Of a stretch of DNA of 64,000 bases, positions 1-13,269 are shown piece by piece (position 1 is the first letter of the stretch; each line of letters begins with the position of its first letter). Both the position numbers and the translations under genes were made by a program. Location of the stretch: assembly GCA_030704615.1 (NCBI GenBank), contig CM060731.1, forward strand, positions 70,866,001 to 70,930,000, written 5' to 3'. Origin of the DNA: Takakia lepidozioides. Its lineage: Eukaryota > Plantae > Bryophyta. The notes below the pieces were generated by a model. It was given only the letters and a program-made list of their open reading frames with translations. It had not been told where the DNA came from and searched no databases.

Positions 1-382
1 TCTGAAACTGCAACAAAAACCAGATTCCTATATCAGAAATGAACCCTGGAGAACAGAGACTGACAGCTTGGCACTCCTGCAAAATGCATCCTCGTTCTTC
101 CAGCAAACACCCCAACCCTACCTATTGCAGTACTTCCAATTCTGAATTGCATTTGCCTGTCTCTATACTCCATGCTGACATGATCAAAGGTGGAACGGTG
201 CCATACCTAGTTGATAGCAGGTTCTGCATGGTCAACATGGATGTGGTAGGACGATGTCACAAAACTACCTTTGTAGGTTGTCAATCCTGCAGCTACACAG
301 CGATACATAGGGGGTGTATTGATCCAGCATCAGACAAGGAAACAAAGAGGACAAAATTACTTACACTGTGCGGATTTTGTTG
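1..382 (-). repeat. Inverted copy of 42834-43219 (interior of a DNA-transposon fragment), joined directly to CACTA interior
   Basis: 1-382 is the near-exact reverse complement of 42834-43219; ORFs 39..461(+) and 42750..43181(-) share their first ~100 aa. At ~383 the sequence switches to a direct match of 44810 onward. Confidence 0.9.
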
Positions 383-3300
383 TATGGGTGCCCTGACACA
401 TACTCAGGGATGTGTGCAGCCTTGGATACACCCTCTAACCAAGGCAGTAATTCTTTCATAAGCCTCTTGCAGTTTGGCTGATCCCTCAACTTCCATGGAT
501 ACGGGAAGATGCAATTATTTGCAGGGTTGGGTAAGCAAGTGAGTGGGGAATCGTCCACCAGCAAAGTATTGGTTGGATTGTAATGGCTGTAGTCCTTCCA
601 AAACTTACATAAGTTCTTGTACATGACAGTTTTAGAAGGATTGAGAGGGTCCACCATTCCCACAGGTTGGTCACAATAGTCTTGGTGAAGCACCATCTTT
701 GGTTGCTTCCCAGGAAACAATGCTTTCACAACTGGAAGGACATTACTCAATGACATGGAAGACCATACACCTACATCAAAAATCTGAAGGCATCGGTCCA
801 GAAACTCCTGACACCCAGGTCTGGAGGTGACAGTGGGCTCTAGGTGTTCCCTTGTTCGTAGTCTGCTCTCACATAACAATCCATTCAAGTCAAGTATAAG
901 GATGTGTTTCTGCCTCTCAGTTGCCGAAGGGCAATTACCAACAACTTGTACATGATTATCATGTACAAAAGACACACCTTTGTGGGGCACTCTGCAAATT
1001 CATGGAGACCTCACAGGCATATTGAGAGGGTAGTACATATGCCGGAAGTGCTACTGGTGTAGGGGACAACAAAACGGATGAACACTTTGCAGTTGCCTCA
1101 ACAATATGGGGGGATGGATTGAGTTCACCTTCAGACCAACCCTCCATGTCATCATCCCCCTCCATTTCTGAAAGCCCAAACAATGAGCCTATTGTGTTTG
1201 GCTTTGGTGGCGGTGAAGAAACTGCCTTGAACAGGTTGAGTGGTGAGCCCATAACATGAGAAATAGTCTCATTTGTTGTGTGTGGCGCAAAGGTGGTGCA
1301 TGTGGTGGACCTGTAGGTTCCGAATCTGGCACATTCATGCCAAGTTTAGCTGCGAGCGCAATGTTGAATGCAGCTGCTGCCTCCAGTTGGCCTTGGACTG
1401 CTTCCAAAGCTGCCTTGGAGCTGGCTTCCATCTGCACTTGTTTGTTTTCCATAGCATCGAGGCGAGCTGCTAGTGAACCAATTCCCTGCCCCATCACATA
1501 GAACACCTCCAAAGTAACAATTCACTACACTGACTGATGAACTAGTAAGAAAACAGAACCAAACGGCAACTAGCAATGGCATGGAAATCACGAATATGTA
1601 ATTCACACCAGAATTGGTACTGAGTTTTATATACCGTTGTGGCTGCACTGCCTGTACACCCCGAGCCGTAGCCTTTGTCACTCCTGGCGCTACCGGCGAT
1701 CTCCTGCAAACTTGGTGTACGTCCAGTCCAGTCTCCTTCTCCTGTGATTGCAACAAACTTGCAAGTGTTAATGACTAGCATAGCACACTGCCAACAGTAA
1801 AGAATTATCTAGGATAGCGTCAATGACTCCCCCTCAATAAGAGTGCTTAGTTCTTGCTGGCGCCCAACTCTGAGAAGGCCCCCAAGTAGTAGCAATGTGT
1901 ACTAATTCAATGTGATAGGAATAGACTCTGAGCTCCAACCAAAAAAACCCAACACATAAAGTTTGTCAATGCAAAACAATGTGGGAACTTCCTATGTTGT
2001 AAGAGAAGTATACCAGTCGTGCTACAACACCGCTGATTCCACTGCGACCTGATCGAGATGTATTCTTCACACATCCCCGCGCCTTGACACCATTTGCCTG
2101 AAATTTCTTGAAATCAGTGGAAACCCAACTAACAACTAGTTGTGCCCATGTCTTGTCTGGCACATGATGGGGTTTGGGCAGCCCACACTATAATAATTTT
2201 GAACAGCTTATTTCGTTGGTACTTGAGCTGCCCGCAAATTGTTTTTGTAATAGCCTTATGTTAAGACCAGGAGGTCCGTATTCCCAATCTGAAGCCAGGA
2301 TCTCCATGATCTTTTCAATTAAGTGTAATGGTTGATCCTGAGCATACAATGACCAGTCCAACAAACGTTGACACTGCCCTCGCAGAGCTGTCATCCACTG
2401 GTTCCGAGCAGGACCTTCAGGGTTTCCAAGTTCATCACAAGAAATGAAAAATTTCCTCCTCCCTACAGCCACATTCTGAGCAGCCTGGTCTCTCAGATCT
2501 TTTGCAAGTGCCCTTCTTTCCCTCCTTAAAGCATTTTTGCGTTCTATAGGAGTCACACCTGATGTCCCCCCAGGACTAAGGCTGGAATCCTGCAAGGTTT
2601 CAGCAGTACCATGCATGTTACCACCTTCACTCTGTTGGGGCTGGACTGCTGTCTCCCACCCCACAGGATGATGCGGAGCAAATGCATCCTCGGTCTGTTT
2701 CAGAATGCCTTTCCCTTTCAGGGTATTAGGTGTACCTGGAGATGTTGGATAAAGAGGTGGCCGCGGTGCAGTGAAGCTCGAAGGTGCCGGCAGTTGTACT
2801 CCACTGTAGTTGGATCTGAAGGTTGGTGGCCACCATACTGGACCTGCCCCTGGTGTGGTCTTGCAGGGCTGGTAGGATAGAGGGAGGAAGTAGGTTGGTT
2901 GTACATAGGCCGAGGAGGATACATACTATGGGGATGCATTCCATAATGGTGGTAAATGGAATACCCACCTTGACTAGGATCATGCATTGGAGCGCCTGCA
3001 GGTGGAGCAAAAGAATTGTAATTCTGGCACTGAGAATCATTGTTTGGAGGTTGATAGTGAGGATACGGCATGTGCCCATGCAGATTATACCCTGACATGG
3101 CAGGATACTGTGGGTACATAAGCGGATACGAGGGAGGAGCCGATACTGGTGGATACAAGGGAGCTGGAACGTCAGTCTGTGGAGTGGGCGGGGCTGGTTT
3201 TTCGTAAGGGGGAACAACCGCGCCACTCATCATAGCAGTTGGCGCAATAGTTGGTGCACACTTTGCTGGAGTAAGAGACTTATGCTCGTTCGCATCCTTC

Positions 3301-5076
3301 CCTGCAATTCCCTTCCTTTTTGACTGAACTCTGCACACATTGCTCAACAGAAACATGTGAAACAATACGACCATACTACTAGGGATGGCAAACCGTGGGT
3401 AAGCCAAGCCCAAAGGCCTATGCAAGAAGACCCTGTCAGTCAGACCTATGGTACAGTCAGCTGAATCGCATGCCTCATACCAGCGACCCTATGATAAATA
3501 CCTGAATATTAGGAAGGAAGAACTCACCCTGCTAGATGAATCTGACGTGGAGGCTGAAGTGTCTAAGGCCATGTCAAAAGCATGAAGAATGTCCGAACAA
3601 AACAATGTTAGGCATAAACTTCCCTGAACTCGTTTCCAGTTTGTGACATGGGTGAGGACTTTGAGGATGATCTGAAGGGCAGACCTACCCTTGGCACTAG
3701 ACTGAAAATTTAACCTCCGGATGGGGAGTCCACCTTTGAACAATAAACAGATGCAGAGAGGAAAGGGAGATTGTCGATGCTCACTGGTGTGGGTGGCCTG
3801 AAGACAATGTCCATTTTGTGATACAAGTCTGGGGTATTCTCATCAGAGAGCGACCCTCTTCAGGACCATCAAGAACATAGTCCCTGCACCTCTGTTCACC
3901 AACTATCAATATCTCAAGGCTGAGTCTAAAGCGGTGGGCCCTGTTGGGGTCTGCTTGGTAGCCCACATACAACAAAACTGATGAACGTGTGAAGGGCTTT
4001 CTAAAAGGAATCTGGAAAGCCTGAACTAATGTTTATAACACGGTAAGTCCTACTAATGGAGTGAGCCCCTCATTCTAATGGCAGACAGTTAATTAACTGT
4101 CTAGAAGATCTTCAGCTTTTCACCTTGAATATCAGGACAAGAGGTGACCAAGTGCAGTGGACTCGTGAGAAATCCCAAACTGGGGAACGCTCCATTGTGG
4201 ATTATATCATAATGGACAAAAATTGTTCCCCCAGTGTGCGAATGTGTTGATCGACAGAACTGATATTGCTACCTCTGACCAGTTCCTGGTTTGGAATGAG
4301 ATCAAAAGGTGTTTTCCCAACACCAAGAGATATGTGAAACATTCGATTCGGAAGTGGCGCATAGAAAAACTTCATAATGAGGAGGTCAAGGTTGAGTATG
4401 TCCAGGCCTTGCAAGAGGCTCTCCCTCTCGATGCAATCGCTCCAAGAACTTCAGTCTCGCTCTGATAACGCAAGAAATGAAGTCGAAAGAGCAGGGGACT
4501 CTGGGAGAGTTTCGTTTCCTCCGTGGTTGACAAGATCATTGGGATGAAACTAATTGTCTGTGCTAGAGCTGTTAATTGGTGGACCAATGAGATTAAACTC
4601 AAGATAGCTGAGAGACGAGCCCTCTATAAAGAGTGCTGCAATTTGGAAACCAACAGAGAATTGTGGGCGAGGTACTACCAGCTCCGTAAAGATATCAATC
4701 AGCTTGTTAGGTCTCAGAACCCTAAATTATACTGGGACAAGTTATATAGTGTTTGAAACTCGGAACTTTGGTGCAGATCGCAAACCTGCTGATGGGTTGG
4801 GGAGTTTGCAGGGTGCTTTGCGCGCTTTCTCTTTGTTGGGGCTTCTTTCATCGTTTCCATCTCTGACTCCGAGCTGGTCTCATTCAAGTCTTCATGTGCG
4901 GCATAATCTTGGTCTCGCTGCAATTCTTGCTCTCGTGCCTCCTCTGTGTCTGACTCCGCTACCACCTGCGCTTCCTCCTCTTGCTCTACCTCTTTCTCCC
5001 GTTGTGACATTGCAGTGCAGGAGTTGAACTCTGTGACTTCGGCGAGGAGGACCTGTGTGTTTGAGGATTTCCTCAA
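383..5076 (-). pseudogene. Frameshifted copy of the CACTA TnpA-like plus NIF/FCP1-like gene
   Basis: Same sequence as 44810-49536, broken by 1-bp indels (ORFs 361..990, 959..1252, 1189..1512, 1966..2163, 2188..2664, 2718..3425, 4714..5076). Contains ILILDLNGLL and TLLVDDSP. Confidence 0.75.
4080..4756 (+). pseudogene. LINE ORF2 fragment (end of the APE endonuclease plus linker) inside the CACTA element
   Basis: SIVDYI, ATSDQFLV (SDH-like) and WWTNEIKLKIAERRALYK motifs are typical of the LINE endonuclease C-terminus and linker. Duplicated at ~48500-49192. Confidence 0.65.
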
Positions 5077-5407
5077 CGAGGCGTTTAGGGCGACTCAATC
5101 TCGCTTCGACGCTGCAAAGAAGAAGAAGAAAAGACAATGTCAGCAGCAGCAAAACCCTAACATATCCTCTCTGCAGGTTTGGAGCTTTTAATGCGGTTTC
5201 ATGGCTAGGGCTAGGTAGGGCATATGAAAAAACGCAAGTTCGGACCTCTTGCAATGTCGTAGATCTTCAGTCGTGCGAAGAATGCCTTGTTCTCCGCTTG
5301 ACGCTTTGCTCGTTCTACCTCCCTCGCTGTAGGCTTGCGCCCTGGTGTAACTTCTGGACACTCTATGTCTGTCTCCATTTCCTGACGAGTCTCACTCAGT
5401 CGCCAAG

Positions 5408-8400
5408 ATGATCCCTCCTACTGCCCATCGATTGCAAAGGCGGACACAAGCAGAACATGACGATGACAGATTGTGGAAACTAGAGGAAGCGCGAGCAAGA
5501 AGACTGGGTCTTCGGAAAATTCTATGTCCATGCAATGCCTGTCATGGTGGGAACTGGCAAACCATTGGCCGGGCTAAGCGTCATCTGCTTTTGAACTTGC
5601 GAGATCCTAACTTGCGAGAACTCCCGGTGCATATCTGTGGATTCTCTTCCCTTAACCCTGATGCATACTTTGAAATTATAAGAAACAGTTCAAATTCCTG
5701 GTAGCGGGATTGTTTGTAAGGTGTAGAGTATTGTACATGCCCGTTTTCCTATTGCCACGTGCCTGTATTATGGCACGTTCCACATCCACCATTTCCAACC
5801 CTAAACTCCCCATCTTATTGTGGATTGACATGTGGACTGATATGCTTATAAGCAGGAAAACTCTGGAGACGAACATGAGGGGTTTAGAACGGAAACCAGC
5901 CCTGCAGGTGGTCCTGATACCTTGGATCGTAATCTTGACATGCTTAGAATGCTCCGGGAGACATTCGCAACTACAGATAATGGGGTGCAAACTGGTGATG
6001 CACATGAGGAACCGGGAGATGGAACACAGGGCCAATGGGACACAGATGGAGTGCCAGAGCAGACTGATGGTGGACTGAAGAGCGATGGTGATCGTGGTGC
6101 AGCGAGTGCCTTACGTTTTGAGCAGGAGGCATCCAGGGCTTTGTATGTAGGGAGTTCTTCCTCTCGATTGTCTGCTACCTTACTGCTGTTAAATGCTTGT
6201 CAAACCCATGGTGTGTCAAACACCTTTGTCGATGAACTCCTTACATTGTTAGGAAGACAACTGTTGCCAGCAGACAATTGCCTGCCAAAGTCCCACTATG
6301 AGGCAAAACAACTCATAATGGAACTCGGGCTTCATTACGAGAGTATACATGCATGTCCGAAAGGTTGTGTGTTGTTCAGAAGGGAGCTTTAAAATTTGGA
6401 GGTTTGTCCAAAATGTCAGGCATGTCGTTATGTGGTGGGTACGAAGACACCAGTACCTCGTAAGGTCCTTCGACATTTCCCTATCATTCCAAGGCTTCGA
6501 ATGTATAAAGCCAAATCCATCTCAGAGTTATTGTCATGGCACTTTAAGAATCGAAAGTTTGGATGGCTTGGTTAGGCACCCAGCAGACAGCAAGGCTTGG
6601 GCCCACATTGACCAAAAATGGCCTGAGTTTGCAGCGGACCCCAGGAAATCTGCGATTGGGTCTCGCATGGGATGGTGTCAATCCTTACAGTGATAAATCA
6701 AACAAATGGTCAACTTGGCCTGTCATGTTGGTAAACTATAATCTTCCACCATGGCTGTGTACTAAGCCATTTTTCACGATGTTGGCTTTATTGATTCCTG
6801 GACCACAATCTGTGGGAAATGACAATGCAGATGTTTATCTGCAGCCCCTTGTGGATGAGCTGAAATTGTTGTGGGAAGTTGTGTGGAGGCATTGGATGGA
6901 AGTAGCCTAGTGGGGCAACAGTCATTTCGCATGAGGGCCATCTTGATGTGGTCAATCCACGACTTTCCAGCTTATGGGTTGCTAGCAGGATGCGCACACG
7001 GGGGATACAAGGCCTGCCCAGCTTGCGGCCCTAATGTTGATTCCAGGTACTCCAAGGGCCAAAAAAGTTTTGTATCTTGGTCATAGGAGATACTTGCCTG
7101 CTATTCATCCCTATAGGAATAACTCGTCCCACTTAATGGACATGTGAACATAGAGCAGCTCCTATGGTGGTCACTGCAAGTGAGCAATTTGACCGGGCTA
7201 CAACCAGAGAGTTGTATCTCGCAATGGGAGGGGCTGAGGGGGGAAAACTGGACCCTTCAAAGGAACATGGCATGAAACGGGTCACTGTTTTGAACCAATT
7301 GCCATACTGGAAAGACTTACTCATCCGATACACACTGGATGTGATGCATGTGTGAAAAAAATTTGTGTGAGAATGTGCTGAGAACCATTCTTGGGGAGAA
7401 GGACACAGCCACATCTAGGAAGGATATGGAACTCAATGTCATTCGTGAACACTTGTGGTTGAGACCCCATCCCTCTCACCCGAACAAGTTGGTCAAGCCT
7501 TTGGCCCCATATGTTCTTACTGAAGATGAGAAGGTGCTGTTTTTGGAAACATTGGCTGCAGTAAAGGCCCCCACAGGTTATGCTGCCACATTCCAGAAAC
7601 ATGTGGCTGACAATAAACTGTCTACAATGAAAACCCATGACTACCATGTAATGATGCAGCAGATTTTACCTCTTTGCATTCGAGGGGTATTGGGAAAGGG
7701 TCCACGGATGGCAATTATGAGGCTTTCTCGAGTCTTCCAAAAAGTGTGTGCAAAGATCATTAATCCAGCTGAGGTACCGGCCTTAAAAGAAGATGTTGCA
7801 ATCACTATGTGTCTGCTGGAGAAAGAATTCCCTCCGTCATTTTTTGATATCATGACTCACTTGCTTGTACACCTTGTGGACGAATTGGAGGTGTGTGGTC
7901 CCGTGTCTAGCCGTTGGATGTATCCTATGGAACGGTATATGAAGACATTAAAAGGCTATGTAAGGAATATGAGCCGACCTGAAGGGAGCATGGCGGAAGG
8001 GTATGCTTTGGATGAGGCCCTAGGGTTTCTAACTGAGTATATGGCTGAATTTCATGCTACAAGCCGAAGGGTGTGGGACTCCAATGAAGAAGACTCAGTT
8101 AGTGGGGAGGTGGTTGAAGGATTGGGAACTGTACGAGTCCTCACCATTCAAGAACGAGACAGTGCACACGAGTATATTTTGCACAACACAGATTGCATGA
8201 AACCATTCCTTGAGTAAGTATGTTGCTTATCATATCCTGTGTGTTTCATTTCTGCCAATGGTATAAGCTGTAATCCTAATTTGCAATTCTCATTTGGACA
8301 GGGCCTATGAAGAGGAGATGGCACTCATAGAAGCATCCCGCACTGAGTTCAGAACAGCATACCTTTGTGGACAAGACCAAGACCACCACAATGGAGAAAT

Positions 8401-9212
8401 TCCATACCCAACAGATATGCGCTTACTGGCTCCATTCCATGAATGGATTGAAGGTGCTGTCCAACGCAAGGTGAGTTCAGGTGAGTCCTATGATTTGGAC
8501 ATATGCCATTATGTATACCACCAGCAGTACAGTCATTGGGCTTCAAGTCCATGTATGCTTACGGCAATCACTTTCGAGCAATAAGTGATGGGACTGGCGC
8601 CAGAGACAGGGTGACATTTGATTCTGGAGTTGCTCAAGTATTCCATCAGGAAAGCGAAAACAGAGCAGGTATGTCCAGACGAGTGTTATCCCAATTGGAA
8701 TATGTGGGTGTTGTAAGAGAAATAATTCAACTGGATTACGGAATTCTTCACCCAATTCTGTTCTTGTGTACATGGGTGAGGTCACACATGGTGGGCCGGA
8801 ATGCCACCATGAAACGAGATGATTATGGCTTTCTCTTGGTTGACTTCAGTCGCATGTTGCCTGGGGATGGAGCAGCCTGGACATTCCCTAGTCAGGTGGA
8901 GCAAGTTTTTTTCTCGGATGAAAAAAGTTCACGAGGGAAACTGGAAGGTGGTCCTTCACAAGGACCCTCGATCCCGACGAGTGGTTCACGATATTACAGA
9001 AGTGGCACTGGGTGAGGGAGACATTTATGTAGGCATGGTGCCTCCTGAAATTCCTCATAACATCATGACTGAGCTTGCTGTTTGTGTTCCTTTGAGTGAG
9101 GCATGAATTGGCCATTGCCAACTTGAATGCACCTGCAAGGCAGAGGCGAAATGGTAGAAGGCGGAGGCAAGCTCCACATGGGAGGTACCAAGCCAGTTGT
9201 GCTATGGTGTAG
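5408..9212 (+). pseudogene. CACTA TnpD transposase, copy 1 (several frameshifts and one stop)
   Basis: CPCNAC...H N-terminal motif, HACPKGC, LAWDGVNP, DFPAYG, LDVMH, FFDIMTHLLVHL, WMYPMERYM, and a DUF4216-like tail. Confidence 0.9.
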
Positions 9213-9829
9213 AGTTGGTTTCTGCTATTGCATGTACTTTTCCAGGGTTTAGACTTGATACAGCATGGTACCTTCCATGGGTGGGAGTGACTGAGCTGTT
9301 GGGGTGGGCAGAATTCTGACAAACACACTTTCATTTGTGACAGTGAACCCTAAACAGTCATGAAGCTGTGGCATGAATACTTTTCTGACCCTAATCAATG
9401 GTGGGCCCAATTGTGGGAAAAAGGTGAATTTGTTGGATTATAGAGAGTAGCAGATGCAATTGAGCATAGGAACTAGTGTGAGAAGTTGAGTTGGGTGTTT
9501 CCTTGAACAAATGTAGGCTGTTATTGTCAGTTGCTACCAGCAAGGCAAAGATGTATGCATGATTTGTGAGAGGCATGGATAGCTGAGGAGCAGGGATAGA
9601 GTGTGGGTCCAGATTCATCCAAGAGGGCCACATTTCAAGCACAACGTTGCCTATGACCTTGTGGAAGGATTGGTACAAGAAACCTGCATGGGTAGATGGT
9701 CAACTGGAAGCCGCAGCAGCAGCGGCACAATTGGTAAAATCAGGCAATGAGGGGCACCTTCTTCAACACATTTCACCCTGTTTTTCCCCTTATACAATCG
9801 GCCCTAAATTTCCATGTTGAATTCTGCAA

Positions 9830-10190
9830 GTTAGCTGGTGGTGGACACATGTATAGCAAATGTGGGAGCACTGAGGATGCGTGTTCAACACTATGGCTGA
9901 ACGAGATTGTGCGTTGTAGTGCGTGTGCAAGTCTGGCAGCTTTGGATGCATCACCAAAGTTGGAATTGTAACAGATGCGATCCAAATGTGGGGAGCATCA
10001 AGGTATGCCAATGCCTCGTATGCCAAATGTGGGAGCATCAAGGGCAAACCTGGCAGCTCTGGAAAAAGGGAAGAGGTCCATGGCTTCATTGTCAAAGCTG
10101 GAATTCTACCTGATGTGATTCTGAACAATGCCCTCGTGGACATGTATGCCAAATGTGGGAGCATCAAGGATGCGAAGGCAGTTTTCCAAC
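9830..10190 (+). pseudogene. PLS-class PPR gene fragment captured within the CACTA element
   Basis: MYSKCGSTEDA and HGFIVKAGILPDVILNNALVDMYAKCGSIKDAKAVF. Also present at ~54590-54945. Confidence 0.8.
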
Positions 10191-11249
10191 ACTATGGCTC
10201 TTGGAGGAGTGATTTTGACATGTACCAGCGAAGGGGAGAAAGTGGGGCCCTCAGTAGACGAGTTGAAAAGCACTAGTTAAAAAGCACTGGCGCTTGATAG
10301 GGTGGGGCAAAATTCAGGCTGGGGTGATCATTGATATCCCGGACGCAATGTAAAAAGACGGTTGTGAGTGAAGGACACCCGTAGCAAAAAACCCTGCTGT
10401 CTCAAAAAAGGAGGCAGTCACAAAGAGCAAGGCACTTTGTCCAAGCTTCTCGAATCTAGCAACAATGTGGACAGGGATTGAGTCATTGGGAACAATTTAT
10501 GTAAGGTGGCGAAGAAAACCTTGTCTGAGGATCACTGGATATTTCTCTAGTACGGTTGGACTAGTAGAGATTGAAATCCGTGCTCAGCTCAGCTTCAGAC
10601 TGTCTCATTGTGAAGGGTCACGGTTGACTGGACAGAAATGGGATTGACATTGCCGGGCTCCCAAATCTCTGAGACGACATGTGGTAGTTTTATCTATAGC
10701 TTCTCAAAGCAATTGTTTTACATTGTTCATTATAGTGTGACATTCTCATAACGATATTGTCGTCAGCTGCATGAGCATGCATCTTTTTGGATGTTGGTCC
10801 CCATAACCCTAATAACCTTTTTGAACTTTTTAAATTCTCTAAACAAAAGTCTATGTGTTATGTCGTCCAGGGCATGTTGAATAGAGGTGGAAGTCATTTT
10901 ATCCATCCATCTTCCACCTGGATGGTCAATGGGCCAAGTCATATCCACCTTGATGGTCAATGTGCCACGCCATATAGTTGCCCCAAATTCCTGTAGGACA
11001 TCTGACACTCACCTCACACTCCATGACTCATTTGACACTCATGTCAAATGCCCCATATGAATTATCTTGGTCAACATTGTTGACCGTTATGGTGTCATTC
11101 GTGTTGTGAAATTTGTAACACCATGTGGCTTTCCTACAATGATCCAAATCACACCTGCCTCGTCTCACATGGGTTGTGTAAGAAGAGCCGTTCAAAGTGC
11201 CAGGTGTGAACTATGGGTGGTGTTGGAAAAACCGGTTTCTGTAGTAGTG

Positions 11250-11737
11250 TCAAAAGAGTCATGCCTATGGCTTTTGAGAATCTTGCTATTGCCCAACACC
11301 GAGACACATTGAGGTATGCCACTATACGTGGAGGGGGATATCGGCCAGTTGTTCGGCGTTTCCACCCTGGGGACTATGTGTATCTGCAGCAAACAACACC
11401 TACGACCTTGGATGTCACAGCAGGACGTGTGATTCTAAGGGTCAGGGAGGTGTGACCTTCAGGAGTGTTGATTCTGGAGGGTCGAGATGGCGTGGTATGG
11501 AAGGATCATGTGCGCAATTGTGCGCCATGTCACATTCCACATGTGGATGGGAGGATAGATCCCAACCTTGCAGTGGTACCTGCAGGATTGCGTTGCATGC
11601 TATGTGGGCATGCTCGTGGTGCCGCCACTATGCTGGTGTGTGATCGATGCTCAAGAGGTTGGCACATGAGATGCTTGACACCACCTCTTGAGAGGGTTCC
11701 TGATGGAGATTGGTTATGTCCACCTTGCTTGGGATAG
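11250..11737 (+). pseudogene. Ty3/Gypsy integrase C-terminus ending in a PHD finger
   Basis: KRVMPMAFENLAIAQHRD...FHPGDYVYL (GPY/F-like region), then the C4HC3 finger CMLC...CDRC...WHMRC...WLCPPC and a stop at 11735-11737. One frameshift near 11453. Confidence 0.85.
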
Positions 11738-11983
11738 TGGCAGTGGATATGACTAGTGGCAGCTCACAAGACATGGGAGGCCAAGCTCATAGGAGTCAAT
11801 ACCCAAGATCTCAGGCTCAAGTTCACAGGTTGCAAGACGACGACTAACGATGGGGCAACTCTTGATCTATTGAGTTTGAGTGTAGTAGGGACAGTGGTGG
11901 AGGACCTAGTGAGGCTATGGCCACTATCACACCTTGTGGCTACCTGGACTTAGAGGGACCTAAGCGCCAGCTAGGGGGGCGAT

Positions 11984-12542
11984 TGTGATGGATTAGTGGC
12001 AGCCTAGTGATGGACTACTGGCTGCACTAGTGGTGACTAGTGGCAGCCTAGTGGTTGGACTAGTGGCTGCACTAGTGGTGGACTAGTGGCTGTACTAGTG
12101 GTGGCTAGTGGCAGCCTAGTGGTGCACTAGTGGTGGACTAGTGATAGACTAGTTTGGTGTGCACATATGTTGTGTGGTTTTGGACAGCGATGTAGTTGTG
12201 TAGCGATATGTATGCGAACAACAGCTGTCAAGTTATTTTACCACTGGTGTGAAGTTAGCTAGGAAATAGCTAGCTTTTATATATTGACATTTGGGATTGA
12301 TCCAAGTGTCAATCCAGGGGCCAATACATGTTTGGGCACCTGGCGTTGTTATCTTCACGGCAGATTGCGGTGGGCTCATCTTTCTCGAGTTGAGCCTCAC
12401 CGCGTCTAGCTATGGCGCCGTAGTGTGGATTCCCCATGGCATGGGGTGCACTTGGCTCGACTTTATATATGAGTGATGTTTTCATGTGCGAGTGTGTGAG
12501 TTTGAGAGAGCTTGTATGCTTGTATCATTCCTTTCTTTATCA
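11984..12542 (+). repeat. 3' LTR of the Gypsy element (559 bp, TG...CA) with CTAGTGG microrepeats
   Basis: Preceded by a purine tract (AGGGGGG, 11973-11979). Starts TGTGATGG, ends TTTATCA. TATA-like TTTATATA inside. Confidence 0.75.
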
Positions 12543-12543
12543 T

Positions 12544-12890
12544 TGTGATGGACTAGTGGCTGCACTAGTGGTGGCTAGTGGCAGCCTAGTGGTTGGACTA
12601 GTGGCAGCCTAGTGGTGGACTAGTGGCAGCCTAGTGGTGGACTAGTGGCAGCCTAGTGGTGGCTAGTGGCAGCCTAGTGGTGGACTAGTGGCTGCACTAG
12701 TGGTGACTACTGGTTGTCTAGTGATAGCCTAGTGGTGCACTAGTGGTGGATTAGTGATAGACTAGTGGTGCACTAGTGGTGGATTAGTGATAGACTAGTG
12801 TTTGGTGTTAGACTAGTGTTTGGTGTGCACATATGTTGTGTGGTTTTGGACAACAATGTAATTGTGTAGCGATATGTATGCGCACGACAG
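12544..12890 (+). repeat. Second, truncated LTR copy in tandem
   Basis: Restarts TGTGATGG 1 bp after the first LTR, has a longer CTAGTGG array, and matches the first LTR to about GATATGTATGCG before diverging. Confidence 0.7.
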
Positions 12891-13269
12891 ATAGTTTGGA
12901 GTGATTTTGACATGATACTGCCAAAGTGACAACATGAAAGTATCCAGAAACAGGTAACAGAGATGATGAGAAGTTGTGGAATGAGTACTTTTCTGACCCC
13001 AGTCAATGGTGGGACAATCGAGGCAAAAAGGTGAATGCTTGTATAATTACAGAGAGTAGTAGACGCAATTCAACATAAGAATGAGTGTGATAAGCTGAGT
13101 TGGGTGTTTCCTAGAACAAGTGTAGGCTGTCATTATCAGCTGCTAGCTGGAAGACAACGATGAATGCATGATTTGTGCAGAGCCATGGATAGCTGAAGGA
13201 GCAGGGATAGAGCGTGGATCCAGATTCATCTAAGAGGGCCAGATTTACCTTGCACAAGATTACCTATGA

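Larger units (their letters stand above)
383..11249. mobile_element. CACTA (En/Spm) transposon, copy 1; left end missing at an inversion junction, right TIR intact
   Basis: Colinear with 44810-55998. Ends ...GGAAAAACCGGTTTCTGTAGTAGTG at 11249, followed by TCA. Contains TnpD. Confidence 0.9.
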
